A stretch of 64,000 bases of DNA, taken from the NCBI GenBank assembly GCA_963702005.1, contig OY969696.1:3424001-3488000 (forward strand), written 5' to 3'. The position numbers were made by a program, and so were the translations under genes. The notes below the pieces were generated by a model. The model had not been told where the DNA came from. It made no database searches and worked only from the letters and a program-made list of their open reading frames with translations. The DNA is from Candidatus Aminicenantes bacterium. Its GTDB lineage: Bacteria > Acidobacteriota > Aminicenantia > Aminicenantales > JAFGBC01. This document shows positions 1-10,630 of this stretch, one piece after another; within the stretch, counting starts at the first letter, position 1, and every line of letters starts with the position of its first letter.

Positions 1-1249
1 CGCAGCAGCCGATGTCCTTCAATTACTTTTAGAAATAAGGGTTGATCAGCAAGGAATTGACATTTCTGTTTATAGAAGTGAATTACTTAAAATACTTGCT
101 TATTTACTACATTATCCTGATCCAGAGCCAGAAACAGAATTGAAAAAGATAGACGAAATCGAGAGAGACCCGCAAACTGGAGCTGAACGCCATACAGGAT
201 GCGATCCGTATACTGCCGCTATTAACTCAGTTAGGGGATGCTCGTTCCAAGCGTTTGTTAGTTTTGTTGAAAAGGAAGAAGCATTAAAGCCCGAAAATAA
301 GGCCCCAATATTGCCACCCGATGTGAAAGAACTTTATAAGAAATGCTTAGATGCTGAAAAAACGCAAGCCGTAAGATTCCTTTTTGGCTATTATTTAGCA
401 TTTTTTTATTTTCGAGATCGAAACTGGATTCGTGAGCTTTTTCCCCGGATATTTCTAGTTGACGAAGAGAAGAGTGATCTTTACTTATCAGCATGGGAAG
501 GATATCTTTCGTGGAGTACTCTTTATAGTGAGCTATTTGATGTGCTTATGGATTATTACAAGCGGGCAATAACATGGGACCCAGATCGATATTCTCAAAG
601 AAGATATTCCAAAGATCTTGATATTGGCCTCGCCGAACACTTTGCCTTAGCTTTCGTTTATTATGCCGATTTTAGCTTTAGCTCTAATTTATTTAAACTA
701 TTTTGGGAGACAAAGAATATAAAACGACATAAGGAATTTATTTCATTTATCGGCCGTTCTTGTATTTCCCGGGATAAAGCAAAAGAATGGATTGAAATCA
801 ACAGCATAGATATTGATAAATTGAGAGCGTTCTGGGATTGGGCGCTGGAAAATTGCAGCGATTCCGAAGTGCTCAGAGGATTTTCTTTCTGGATAGAGGC
901 GGAACAAAATATTTTTGATCATAGATGGCTTGCCGAACGTGCTAGACTTACCCTAGAAAAAACGGGCGGCGAGGTGGAATGGGATCATGGTATTATTCAA
1001 TCTTTGCCTATTTTAGCGGATAGCGCTCCTGAAGATACCATCCAAATTTCAAGGCTTTATCTGGCTGGAGCTAAAGGATTAATCTGTCGCCGCCCATGGC
1101 TTCCAGTAGGGGAAGAGCTAATGGGAGTTTTTAAAAAGCTTTATGATAATCCAACTACTAGAGAAGAAACCATTAAGCTAATTGAGGAATTGCTTCCGCT
1201 TGGCAATGGGCAATTTTGGGTACTTAAAGAAATAGTCCAAAAACATTGA
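1..1249 (+). CDS. C-terminal part of a large low-GC hypothetical protein (5'-partial), possibly a defence-type NTPase-associated protein
   Basis: Frame is open from base 2 (AAADVLQLLLEIR...) into the 140..1249 ORF. AT-rich, unlike the rest of the window. Helical, Trp-rich sequence with a TAAINSVRG motif. Confidence 0.75.
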   Translation, partial: AAADVLQLLLEIRVDQQGIDISVYRSELLKILAYLLHYPDPEPETELKKIDEIERDPQTGAERHTGCDPYTAAINSVRGCSFQAFVSFVEKEEALKPENKAPILPPDVKELYKKCLDAEKTQAVRFLFGYYLAFFYFRDRNWIRELFPRIFLVDEEKSDLYLSAWEGYLSWSTLYSELFDVLMDYYKRAITWDPDRYSQRRYSKDLDIGLAEHFALAFVYYADFSFSSNLFKLFWETKNIKRHKEFISFIGRSCISRDKAKEWIEINSIDIDKLRAFWDWALENCSDSEVLRGFSFWIEAEQNIFDHRWLAERARLTLEKTGGEVEWDHGIIQSLPILADSAPEDTIQISRLYLAGAKGLICRRPWLPVGEELMGVFKKLYDNPTTREETIKLIEELLPLGNGQFWVLKEIVQKH

Positions 1250-1342
1250 TCCGAAACGGAATTGCGGTTAAAGGCAATTGACAATATCTTATTTAGATAA
1301 TTGCTTTTAGAAATAAGGCCTAGTAAGCACCGTTTCAACTCC

Positions 1343-1371
1343 TTGAAAAAGATCGGCCTTTACTTCATAAT
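1343..1371 (+). promoter_or_regulatory. sigma70-type promoter of the pot operon
   Basis: TTGAAA (1343-1348), 17 nt spacer, CATAAT (1366-1371), upstream of GGAGG at 1387-1391. Confidence 0.55.
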
Positions 1372-1399
1372 AAATAGCTTTAAAACGGAGGACACAGAG

Positions 1400-2617
<1,218 letters not shown>

Positions 2618-2629
2618 AGACGGGAACCG

Positions 2630-3496
2630 ATGAGAATGGAGATCCGCCGCAAGCTCCGCGAAGTCCTGATCACCTCGCCGTCTTTTATGTGGTTGACCGT
2701 CCTGTTCGCCCTGCCGACCTTGTTCGTCATCGTAATCGCCTTCCGCCCCGCTAATCCCTACGGAGGCGCCGGCCGCGGATGGACACTCGAAAACCTGAAC
2801 CGCCTGGCCGACCCCAACTACCTGGAAATCATCTGGCGGACGCTCTGGATCAGCGCCCTGACGACGGTGCTTTGCCTGGCTCTGGCGGTGCCGATCGGCT
2901 ACGTCCTGGCGCGGGTATCGCCGAAGTGGCGCAACTTCTGCCTGATGCTCGTGGTCATCCCCTTCTGGACCAATTTCCTGATCCGGATCTTCGCCTGGAA
3001 GGCCCTCCTCCACCCCGAGGGGCCGGCCAAACGGCTCCTGGTCCTTCTCGGACTGGCCGGGCCTCAAACGTCTCTTCTCTACAACTCCGTCGCCGTCATC
3101 CTCGTCTCGGTCTATACCTTCCTCCCCTTCACCATCCTCCCCGTCTACGCCGCGGCCGACAAATTCGATTTTCAACTCCTGGAAGCCGCCCGCGACCTCG
3201 GGGCTAAGCCTTGGCGGGCCTTCCGGACCGTCTTCCTGCCCGGGATACGGCGCGGCCTGCTCACGGCGCTCCTATTTGTCCTGATCCCGTCGCTGGGTTC
3301 CTATATCATCCCGGATATCGTGGGCGGGCCGACCAGCGAGATGCTCGGCAACAAGATCGCCCAAAGGGTCTTCAACGACCGGAACCTGCCCCAGGCCGGC
3401 GCCCTTTCCGTCGTCCTGATCCTGTCGGTGGTGGCCCCGCTGGCGGTGGCCCTATTCCTGGAGCGGAAAAAAGAGAGACCGGAGTCCATCCTCTAA
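2630..3496 (+). CDS. potB: Spermidine/putrescine ABC transporter permease
   Basis: IPFWTNFLIRIFAW motif, EAARDLGA (EAA loop), multiple TM helices. Confidence 0.92.
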   Translation: MRMEIRRKLREVLITSPSFMWLTVLFALPTLFVIVIAFRPANPYGGAGRGWTLENLNRLADPNYLEIIWRTLWISALTTVLCLALAVPIGYVLARVSPKWRNFCLMLVVIPFWTNFLIRIFAWKALLHPEGPAKRLLVLLGLAGPQTSLLYNSVAVILVSVYTFLPFTILPVYAAADKFDFQLLEAARDLGAKPWRAFRTVFLPGIRRGLLTALLFVLIPSLGSYIIPDIVGGPTSEMLGNKIAQRVFNDRNLPQAGALSVVLILSVVAPLAVALFLERKKERPESIL

Positions 3497-4281
3497 TGAA
3501 ACGCAGCCGGATGCCCTTGGCGATCGCGATCGCCGCCATCCTCTTCCTCTATCTTCCGATTGTGGTCCTGGTCGTCAACTCGTTCAACGCCTCGCGCTTC
3601 GGCGGCGGCTGGCGGGGGTTTTCCCTCGTCTGGTACGGCCGCCTGTTCCACGAGCCGGAGATCTGGCAGGCCGCCCGGACCACCCTCATCATCGCCCTGG
3701 GCGCCACGGCGCTTTCGGTCCTCCTGGGGACGACGGCCGCCCTGGCTCTTCATCGCTACGCCAAGAGCCGCCTCCAGCGCGCCCATTTCGCCCTGATCTA
3801 CATGCCGCTGGTCATGCCGGAAATCCTGATGGGGATCAGCCTGTTGATGCTCTTCGTGTCGGCCGGCCTCCCGCTCGGGCTGGGGACCATTTTTCTGGCT
3901 CATGTCACCTTCTGCCTCAGCTTTGTCGCCATGGTCGTCCTGGCCCGGCTCCAGGATTTCGACGAGTCGGTCATCGAGGCCAGCCGCGACCTCGGCGCCG
4001 GCGGCTGGACGACTTTCCGCAAAATCCGCCTGCCCCTGCTCGGGCCGGGGATCCTGGCCGGAGGCCTGCTCGCCTTCACCCTGTCCGTCGACGATTTTGT
4101 CATCACCTTCTTCGTCGCCGGCCCCGGCTCTACGACCCTGCCCATTCGCATTTACAGCATGATCAAGCACGGTTCGCCCCCCCTCATCAACGCGCTGTCC
4201 ACGATCCTGCTGGTCGTGACCTTCGTCGCCGTGGCCCTGAGTCAGCGCCTCTCCCGCCCCAAGGCCAAGGAAGCCGCATGA
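3496..4281 (+). CDS. potC: Spermidine/putrescine ABC transporter permease
   Basis: ATG at 3496 overlaps the potB stop (TAATG). FLYLPIVVLVVNSFN, EASRDLGA and FTLSVDDFVITFF motifs. Confidence 0.92.
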   Translation: MKRSRMPLAIAIAAILFLYLPIVVLVVNSFNASRFGGGWRGFSLVWYGRLFHEPEIWQAARTTLIIALGATALSVLLGTTAALALHRYAKSRLQRAHFALIYMPLVMPEILMGISLLMLFVSAGLPLGLGTIFLAHVTFCLSFVAMVVLARLQDFDESVIEASRDLGAGGWTTFRKIRLPLLGPGILAGGLLAFTLSVDDFVITFFVAGPGSTTLPIRIYSMIKHGSPPLINALSTILLVVTFVAVALSQRLSRPKAKEAA

Positions 4282-5318
4282 AGATGAAGAGAGGCGGGTC
4301 GATGGCTCTCGTCTTAGCCGGGCTCATGGCGGCCGCCGGCTGCGGGAAGAGCCGGCCCGCGCTGAATATCTATACTTGGGCCGATTATATCAACCCCGAC
4401 ATCGTGGCCCGCTTTGAGAGAGAGCACGGCTGCCGGGTCGTCATCGACACCTTCGACTCCAACGAGTCGATGTACGCTAAGCTCAAGGCGGGCGCGACCG
4501 GGTACGACCTGCTGACGCCCTCGAGCTACATGGTCAGCCTGATGCACGCCCAAGGGATGCTCCTGAAGCTCGATCACGCGCTGCTCCCCAACCTGGCCCA
4601 GGTCGATCCGGACTATCTGGCCAAGGCCATCGACAAGACCATGGACCATTCCGTGCCCTACATGGTCGTCAACACGGTCATCGCCTACCTCCAGAGCCGC
4701 GTCCCGGATTTTGTCCCATCAACCTCGATGTTTGGGCGCGCCGACCTCAAGGGCCGGATGACCCTTCTCAACGACATGCGGGAGACGATCGGGGCCGGGC
4801 TGAAAAGCCTTGGCTACAGCATCAACACGAGCGATGAGCGGGAACTGGGCGAAGCCCGGGACGTCGTCCTCCGCTGGAAGAAGAATATCGCCAAGTTCGA
4901 GAACGAGCAGTACAAGACAGGATTAGCCTCGGGCGAATTCCTTCTCGTCCAGGGCTACAGCGGAGACATCATCCAGATCCAGAAGGAGAACCCGGACGTC
5001 AGGCTGGCCGTCCCGCGCGAGGGGACGGTCATCTCGGTCGATGACCTCGTCATCCCCAAGACGGCCAGTCAAACGGCCTTGGCCCACGCCTTCATCAACT
5101 TTCTCCACGAACCGGCCGTCGCCGCGGCGAACTCGAACTTCATCAAATACCTCTGCCCCAACACGGGCAGCTACCCCCTGCTCGGCCCGGACCTCAAGGG
5201 CAACCCGGCCGTCTTCCTGAGCGCGGAGCTTCGGGCTAAAAGCGAGATCCTGGCCGACCTGGGCGCGGCCAACGCCCTGTACATCAAGATCTGGGACGAG
5301 ATCAAAGCCGCCAAATAA
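4278..5318 (+). CDS. potD: Polyamine ABC transporter substrate-binding lipoprotein
   Basis: Lipobox AAGC; LNIYTWADYI, FDSNESMYAKL and GYDLLTPSSYMV motifs of the PotD/PotF family. Confidence 0.9.
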   Translation: MKMKRGGSMALVLAGLMAAAGCGKSRPALNIYTWADYINPDIVARFEREHGCRVVIDTFDSNESMYAKLKAGATGYDLLTPSSYMVSLMHAQGMLLKLDHALLPNLAQVDPDYLAKAIDKTMDHSVPYMVVNTVIAYLQSRVPDFVPSTSMFGRADLKGRMTLLNDMRETIGAGLKSLGYSINTSDERELGEARDVVLRWKKNIAKFENEQYKTGLASGEFLLVQGYSGDIIQIQKENPDVRLAVPREGTVISVDDLVIPKTASQTALAHAFINFLHEPAVAAANSNFIKYLCPNTGSYPLLGPDLKGNPAVFLSAELRAKSEILADLGAANALYIKIWDEIKAAK

Positions 5319-5334
5319 GCCGCCCCCTCCCCTA

Positions 5335-6252
5335 TTATCCTGGATCGAGAACGGCAGGGGGAGGACAAACGACCTCCATGCTTTCGCCTTTTACCGCATG
5401 GGGAAACCGGATTTTCCACGAATGCAGGAAATATCCTGTTTCGCCGGGAAGCGCGGCGTGCTCATCATCTTCACTGTCTGCACGAGGTATTCCCCCCGCT
5501 TGATAGAGCGGATCACCCACCAGGGGGAATCCCGCGTGGCTGAGATGGATCCGGATCTGATGGGGACGTCCCGTGGGAATCGTCACTTCGAGGAGTGTCG
5601 CATTCTCGTCGGGGAGTCGGCGGATCACCCGGACATGGCTTATAGACGGCCGGCCGCCGGGACGATAGGCGTGGAGGGTTGTCGGACGCCGATACGGGAC
5701 AGGCCCGATCGGCGCGTCGACCGTGAACGTGTCCGGCATGGCCGTTCCGGAGGCCAAGGCCAAATACACCTTACGGATCCGCCTTTCAGACATGGCGGCC
5801 GCCAATAATCGCGCGGTTCGGGCGTTGCGGGTGAAGAGAATCGCCCCGGAAGTGCCGCGTCCAAGCCGATGAAGCGGCGAACACGCGGCGCCATAACGAC
5901 GCCGCGCCAGGTGAAGCAGGGTGTTTTCCAGAAACATACCGCCGGGAAGAACGGGCAGCCCGGAGGGTTTCGCCAGAACCAGGACATCCCCGTCTTCGAA
6001 GAGTGTCTCAAAATTCCGGGGAGCTTCGGGTTCCTCCCAAGGAAGACGATGGTAGCTCAGGCGGTCGCCCCGAGTCAGGGGACGGTCCGGCAAGGGCGGC
6101 CGTCCATTGAGCAAAACCTGCCCGGCCCGGATCCGCTGCCGCCATGTCTCCTCGGTCGAGTGGGGATAATGACGGGCATAGAAAGCCGCGACCGAGACGC
6201 CTTCGTCCGGCTCGAGCACGCGATCCGGATAGAGATAGCCGTTATTTTTCAT
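5335..6252 (-). CDS. RluA-family RNA pseudouridine synthase with S4-like N-terminus
   Basis: KPSGLPV, HRLGRGTSG (canonical is HRLD; catalytic Asp position reads Gly here), TGRPHQIRIH, GDPLY. Confidence 0.85.
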   Translation of the reverse strand: MKNNGYLYPDRVLEPDEGVSVAAFYARHYPHSTEETWRQRIRAGQVLLNGRPPLPDRPLTRGDRLSYHRLPWEEPEAPRNFETLFEDGDVLVLAKPSGLPVLPGGMFLENTLLHLARRRYGAACSPLHRLGRGTSGAILFTRNARTARLLAAAMSERRIRKVYLALASGTAMPDTFTVDAPIGPVPYRRPTTLHAYRPGGRPSISHVRVIRRLPDENATLLEVTIPTGRPHQIRIHLSHAGFPLVGDPLYQAGGIPRADSEDDEHAALPGETGYFLHSWKIRFPHAVKGESMEVVCPPPAVLDPG

Positions 6253-6288
6253 GATATCCGGCGGAGCAAGTCCTAGCCCGCTTTCCGC

Positions 6289-6855
6289 TCAAGCCTTGGA
6301 CGCATATTCGCCCGTACGGGTGTCGACGCAGATGACCTCTCCGGTCGACATGTATTCGGGGACCTGAACGACCAGCCCGGTGGACAGGGTGGCCGGCTTC
6401 GTTCGCGCCGTGACCGACGCCCCCTTCACGGACGGCCGCGTGTCCATGATCTCAAGGTTGATGAAGGTCGGTATCTCCAGCCCGAGGACGCGGCCCTCAG
6501 ACGATATTGATACCAGCCCTTCGAGGCCCTCGGTGAGATAGGGCCACTCCTCCTCGATCTCGTCCTTCGTCAGCGTGAACTGGCTATAATCCTTCAGGTC
6601 CATGAAGGTGATGCTCGACGCATCGCCGAACAGGTACTGGACCGGCCGCTTCTCGAAATCGGCCTCGGCCAGGATGTCGTCGCCGCGCAGGGCCTGGTCG
6701 ACCTTGCGCTTCGACTTCAAGTTGCGGAAACGGATCTTGTACAGCGTTACCGCCCCGCGGGCCGAGGGCGACTGGACCTTGATCGTTTCGACGACGTGGG
6801 GGTCGCCTTCGATCCTGACGACGTCGCCTTTCTTCAAGTCGGATGCTCTGATCAT
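6289..6855 (-). CDS. efpL: Elongation factor P-like protein (EfpL/YeiP type)
   Basis: EF-P fold motifs (KPATLSTGLVVQVPEY, VDTRTGEY). Loop SPSARGAVTLYK is the YeiP-type signature rather than KPGKG. Confidence 0.82.
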   Translation of the reverse strand: MIRASDLKKGDVVRIEGDPHVVETIKVQSPSARGAVTLYKIRFRNLKSKRKVDQALRGDDILAEADFEKRPVQYLFGDASSITFMDLKDYSQFTLTKDEIEEEWPYLTEGLEGLVSISSEGRVLGLEIPTFINLEIMDTRPSVKGASVTARTKPATLSTGLVVQVPEYMSTGEVICVDTRTGEYASKA

Positions 6856-6937
6856 GGGACCGCCTCGATGGTCTTCCTCTAAGTCAGGCTTCCATTATTC
6901 TATTTCCAAATCATTTTATAGACAATGAGCTCTTTAT

Positions 6938-7040
6938 ACGTTGCGGGTCTTCTTCAAGTCCAAGCGCCGGCTCCTCGGAGATTGCGGATTAGCTTTCACC
7001 CCCATTTGCTTTTTCTGGTAAGAGAGGGCGGGACGGACGA
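6938..7040 (+). mobile_element. Degenerate IS91-family (HUH/Y2) transposase remnant, copy 1
   Basis: Fragments translate as TLRVFFK / KRRLLGD / ISFHPHLLFLVREGG, resembling the IS91 HPHLHxLVxxGG motif. Matches 10449-10488 at 36/40 nt. Confidence 0.6.
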
Positions 7041-7172
7041 TCGGGTCGAAAAGAACCTTGTCAAGGATGATCATTTTCCTTATAATTCACTCAATGTTTC
7101 CGTAGGAGACGGATCCCGGAGACTCATCGGATTGTCATCCGAGGAGACCGTCCTTACGACCGGATCGATCCC

Positions 7173-7883
7173 ATGAAGTACAGGCCGGAAGGCAACGCGA
7201 CCCTCGAGGCCCTGGCCAATGCGGACTCGTTTACGGAGTGGATGTTCGAGCAGGTTCGTCCCAATCTCGGGGGAACCATCCTGGAAATCGGGAGCGGCCG
7301 GGGGACGTACAGCCGAAGAATCCTCAGAGATTTCCCGGGCAGCCATATCATCCTCAGCGACATCGATAGCCAATACGTGGAGCTGCTGAGGGGCGATCTC
7401 ACCGATCCACGGCTGACGATCCTCCGGATCGATATGGAGAATCCCGAGGACTTCCGGCAGATCAAACGCCCCGTCGACAGCGCCTTCGCTTTGAACGTCC
7501 TCGAACATACCCGGGACGACCGGCGCTCCCTCCAGAATGTCTACGACATCCTGCGCCCGGGCGGCCGGTTCGTCGTTCTCGTCCCGGCCCACCCTTTCCT
7601 GTTCGGGGTCATCGACCGGAGCATCGGGCACACGCGCCGTTATTCGAAGACAGAGCTGCTGAATTCGGTCCGGGGGACGGCCTTTAGGGTCAGGTATCTC
7701 TTCTTTTTTAACGCCCTCTCCGTCCTCGGCTGGTTCATTGCCGGCCGCGTCCTGAAAATGACCACCGTCAGCCCCTGGGCCGTAGACATCTATACCCGGA
7801 TGATCCCCATCATGCGGGTCATCGAAAAACAAATTCTGCGTCGTCGTGTCGGGCTATCGCTTGTCGCCGCGCTCGAGAAATAG
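7173..7883 (+). CDS. Class I SAM-dependent methyltransferase
   Basis: ILEIGSGRG motif I, NVLEH, LRPGGRFVVLVPA, GHTRRYS; type usually linked to glycosylation loci. Confidence 0.88.
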   Translation: MKYRPEGNATLEALANADSFTEWMFEQVRPNLGGTILEIGSGRGTYSRRILRDFPGSHIILSDIDSQYVELLRGDLTDPRLTILRIDMENPEDFRQIKRPVDSAFALNVLEHTRDDRRSLQNVYDILRPGGRFVVLVPAHPFLFGVIDRSIGHTRRYSKTELLNSVRGTAFRVRYLFFFNALSVLGWFIAGRVLKMTTVSPWAVDIYTRMIPIMRVIEKQILRRRVGLSLVAALEK

Positions 7884-7989
7884 ATCCAAAACCAAACGGA
7901 TCGGCCGCCTGGAAAAGGACGGCCGTTGGTATAACACTCCTCTTTTTGCTAAAATACGGCACGAAGATGAAGAGGATTCGGCTGAGTTC

Positions 7990-10377
7990 ATGGGATTCAT
8001 GAAGAAATATCTGTCTCCAACTCTGAGCGTTTTGAGCTGGATCCTGTTCGTCCTGCTCATGTTCTATTGGTTCAAGGATAACATCCCGCCCCTGAAACCC
8101 ATCCCGGGGAGCCCCCTCCTTCCGTTTCTGCTCCTCGGGGCCGTCGGGCTGGCCCGGATCGTCCTGTCCTTTCGAAACGGAACGCTCTCGATCCGGTTCA
8201 GACCGGAACGGACGGCCTGGATCCTCGCCGCGATACTTCTTCTCGCCGTGCTCGTCCGTTTCCCCTTTCTCATCCACGGCTCCGGGATCCTCACCAGTGA
8301 CGATGCCATCCCGGCCCTGATGGGGAAGCATATCGCCGAAGGGAAAGTCCCTCCGATTTCTTACTACGGACAGCTCTACCTGGGCTCGACGACGAGCCAT
8401 GTCTTCGGCCTGGCCTTCAAATGCTTTGGGTATTCCATTTTCGTCCTCCTCTCGACGACCCTGCTCTTTTATCTGGGATTCATAGCGGTTCAGTTCGTCT
8501 TCCTCAAGGAGATTTTTTCTCTTGAGTTCGCCGTCGTCGCCGGACTTTTCTATTCCCTTCCCATCGGGGATTTTGACCGAGTCAGCATCGGCGATACGGC
8601 CGCCTACCCCCTCGTGCTTCTGCTCGGGGCCACCCTCCTGTTCCTGTCCTATCGGATCGCCTGGAAGAAGGAGGAACGCTGGCTGGGCCTTTTCGGATTT
8701 CTATCCGGCATCGCCTTTTGGACTCACCAGGCTGCGTTCGGCTGCATCCTAACGGCCTGGCTGGCCGTCCTCCTTTGGCGGAAGCCGAGCCTGAAAAGAA
8801 TGGCCGTTCTCATTTGTTCCGCCCTGGTGGGTCTGTTCCCGCTCCTGATGCAGGAAGTCTATGATCGCTTTCATATGGCCCGGTTCCTGACCGCAGGTAA
8901 GATGGAGCCGCCCAACCTGGACAAGCTTGCTCACATGGTCGATTATTTAAGGAAACTCCTGTCATCCTCGAGACATCCTTTGGCCTTCTTTTTTGTTCTT
9001 CTCCTCTTCGCCGGGTTTGGGATTCTGGTCGTCCAGGCTCTCCGCAAACGAGAAGACCAGCCCCGGGCTCTGTTCGCCCTTTTTTTTGCGCTGTTTTTCG
9101 GGTTGTATCTGTTCTCAGGATTCAGCAATAGAGATGCCATTCGCTATCTCTATCCTTCGTACATCTGCCTGCCGATCCTCCTCTTCGGCGGGCTTTGGCT
9201 CTTCCGGTCGCGCTGGAAGGTCTATGCTTCCGCCGCAATCCTCTTGCTCCTCATTGTCAGCAATGGACAGAGAGCCCACTCTCGCTACATGACGATAAAG
9301 AGCGACAGCCTTCACCGTCGTCAGGTTGTTGCGGCCATGGAGGCTACCGGCGTCAAGTACTGGCAGGCGAACTATTGGGCGGCCTACGCGCTCACGGCAA
9401 TTGCCGGGGAGAAGGTCGTCGTCGATGCCTATACCGTGACCCGCTATTATCCTTACCACCTGGACTATTTCAACCAGGGCCGGCGCGGAGCCTTCGTCTT
9501 TCTGAAAGATGGGCCAGAAACATCCAGAGCTTCGGCCTTGGTCGAACTCCTCAGGAGCCTGGGCGTCCCATTCCATGAAAAGGATATCGACGGGACCCGG
9601 CTCATATACGGCCTGGAAAGTCAGGTTTTCAACCCTCCTTTATTAGATGGCTTCATCAAGGAAATTCCTCCGCGCCTGCCGACGGTCAGGCTCGAAGAGA
9701 CGAAAATGGCCGAGGGATATCTCCGTCTCTCGTTCAGGACGGATCCCGGCGACGAGCCCGCGCCCGGTTTTCAAGTCCGGACCGGGATCCCCCCTTTCAG
9801 TTCCCAAACGAGGAACCTGAGCCCTAAACCCGAGGACAACCGGTTCAAGCTCGCTCTTCCCCAGAAAGAGGCCTTTACGGCCGTCTATGATCTCGAGTAC
9901 TACGGGCTCAAGATTCCCGCCTCGGTCCGCACGATTTCCTTGGGCCTTCCCACAAAGAGCGCGGTCCTGAGGAATGATCGGATCGTCTTTCTGACCGGCA
10001 TCGGCCCGAGAACGACTTTCTTCGGTCCTGAGATGAAGGTTCTTGAGAAGGAGGTCCGGATCGAGCTCAACCGGCTTAGGAAAAAGAGGATGAAAGTGAG
10101 GCTTGCGCTCTTTTCTCCCCTGGAATTCGAACACACCTTCTGGTACGGCCATTATGCTCAACGACTAAAAATCTTCATTAATGGAAATCTCTGCGCCGAA
10201 AAAACGCTTCATGACAAAGATAATCTCATCGAGATCGATATCGACCCCGGCCGGATTCTGCCGAACCAGAACCTCATGACCCTGGTGTTCGACTATCATC
10301 TCCCGCTGATATTCGCCCCTCTGTCGATGACGGCCTGCCTTCTCGAATCGATCGCCGTCGAAGAGGACCGTTCGTAG
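7990..10377 (+). CDS. Polytopic membrane glycosyltransferase (GT-C/ArnT-PMT-like) with large C-terminal extracytoplasmic domain
   Basis: About 11-13 hydrophobic segments, acidic loop SDDAIPALMGKHI, YYGQLYLG and RYLYP motifs. Start placed at ATG 7990. Confidence 0.65.
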   Translation: MGFMKKYLSPTLSVLSWILFVLLMFYWFKDNIPPLKPIPGSPLLPFLLLGAVGLARIVLSFRNGTLSIRFRPERTAWILAAILLLAVLVRFPFLIHGSGILTSDDAIPALMGKHIAEGKVPPISYYGQLYLGSTTSHVFGLAFKCFGYSIFVLLSTTLLFYLGFIAVQFVFLKEIFSLEFAVVAGLFYSLPIGDFDRVSIGDTAAYPLVLLLGATLLFLSYRIAWKKEERWLGLFGFLSGIAFWTHQAAFGCILTAWLAVLLWRKPSLKRMAVLICSALVGLFPLLMQEVYDRFHMARFLTAGKMEPPNLDKLAHMVDYLRKLLSSSRHPLAFFFVLLLFAGFGILVVQALRKREDQPRALFALFFALFFGLYLFSGFSNRDAIRYLYPSYICLPILLFGGLWLFRSRWKVYASAAILLLLIVSNGQRAHSRYMTIKSDSLHRRQVVAAMEATGVKYWQANYWAAYALTAIAGEKVVVDAYTVTRYYPYHLDYFNQGRRGAFVFLKDGPETSRASALVELLRSLGVPFHEKDIDGTRLIYGLESQVFNPPLLDGFIKEIPPRLPTVRLEETKMAEGYLRLSFRTDPGDEPAPGFQVRTGIPPFSSQTRNLSPKPEDNRFKLALPQKEAFTAVYDLEYYGLKIPASVRTISLGLPTKSAVLRNDRIVFLTGIGPRTTFFGPEMKVLEKEVRIELNRLRKKRMKVRLALFSPLEFEHTFWYGHYAQRLKIFINGNLCAEKTLHDKDNLIEIDIDPGRILPNQNLMTLVFDYHLPLIFAPLSMTACLLESIAVEEDRS

Positions 10378-10445
10378 GGCCGAGGACGGTTCGGACTCCA
10401 ATTCGAGACCGAGCTCTTTTCCTCGTGCGTCTCAGGCTCATGGAA

Positions 10446-10592
10446 CGACTTTCACCCCCAATTGCATTTTCTGGTGAGCGAGGGCGGGGATGACTCCTCC
10501 TCAAACTCACTTTTGTCGCGGACAAGCCCCCGCCCTCCAGCGCAGCTTTCCAGGAATATTTGATGGCCGTATTATCCATGACGATGGAATGA
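10446..10592 (+). mobile_element. Degenerate IS91-family transposase remnant, copy 2
   Basis: FHPQLHFLVSEGG followed directly by LLKLTFVADKPPPSSAAFQEYLMA, which looks like a transposase C-terminus; internally deleted. Confidence 0.6.
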
Positions 10593-10630
10593 GGAAAAAA
10601 AGCGCAGGGACGCTCAAACCCGAATTCGCG

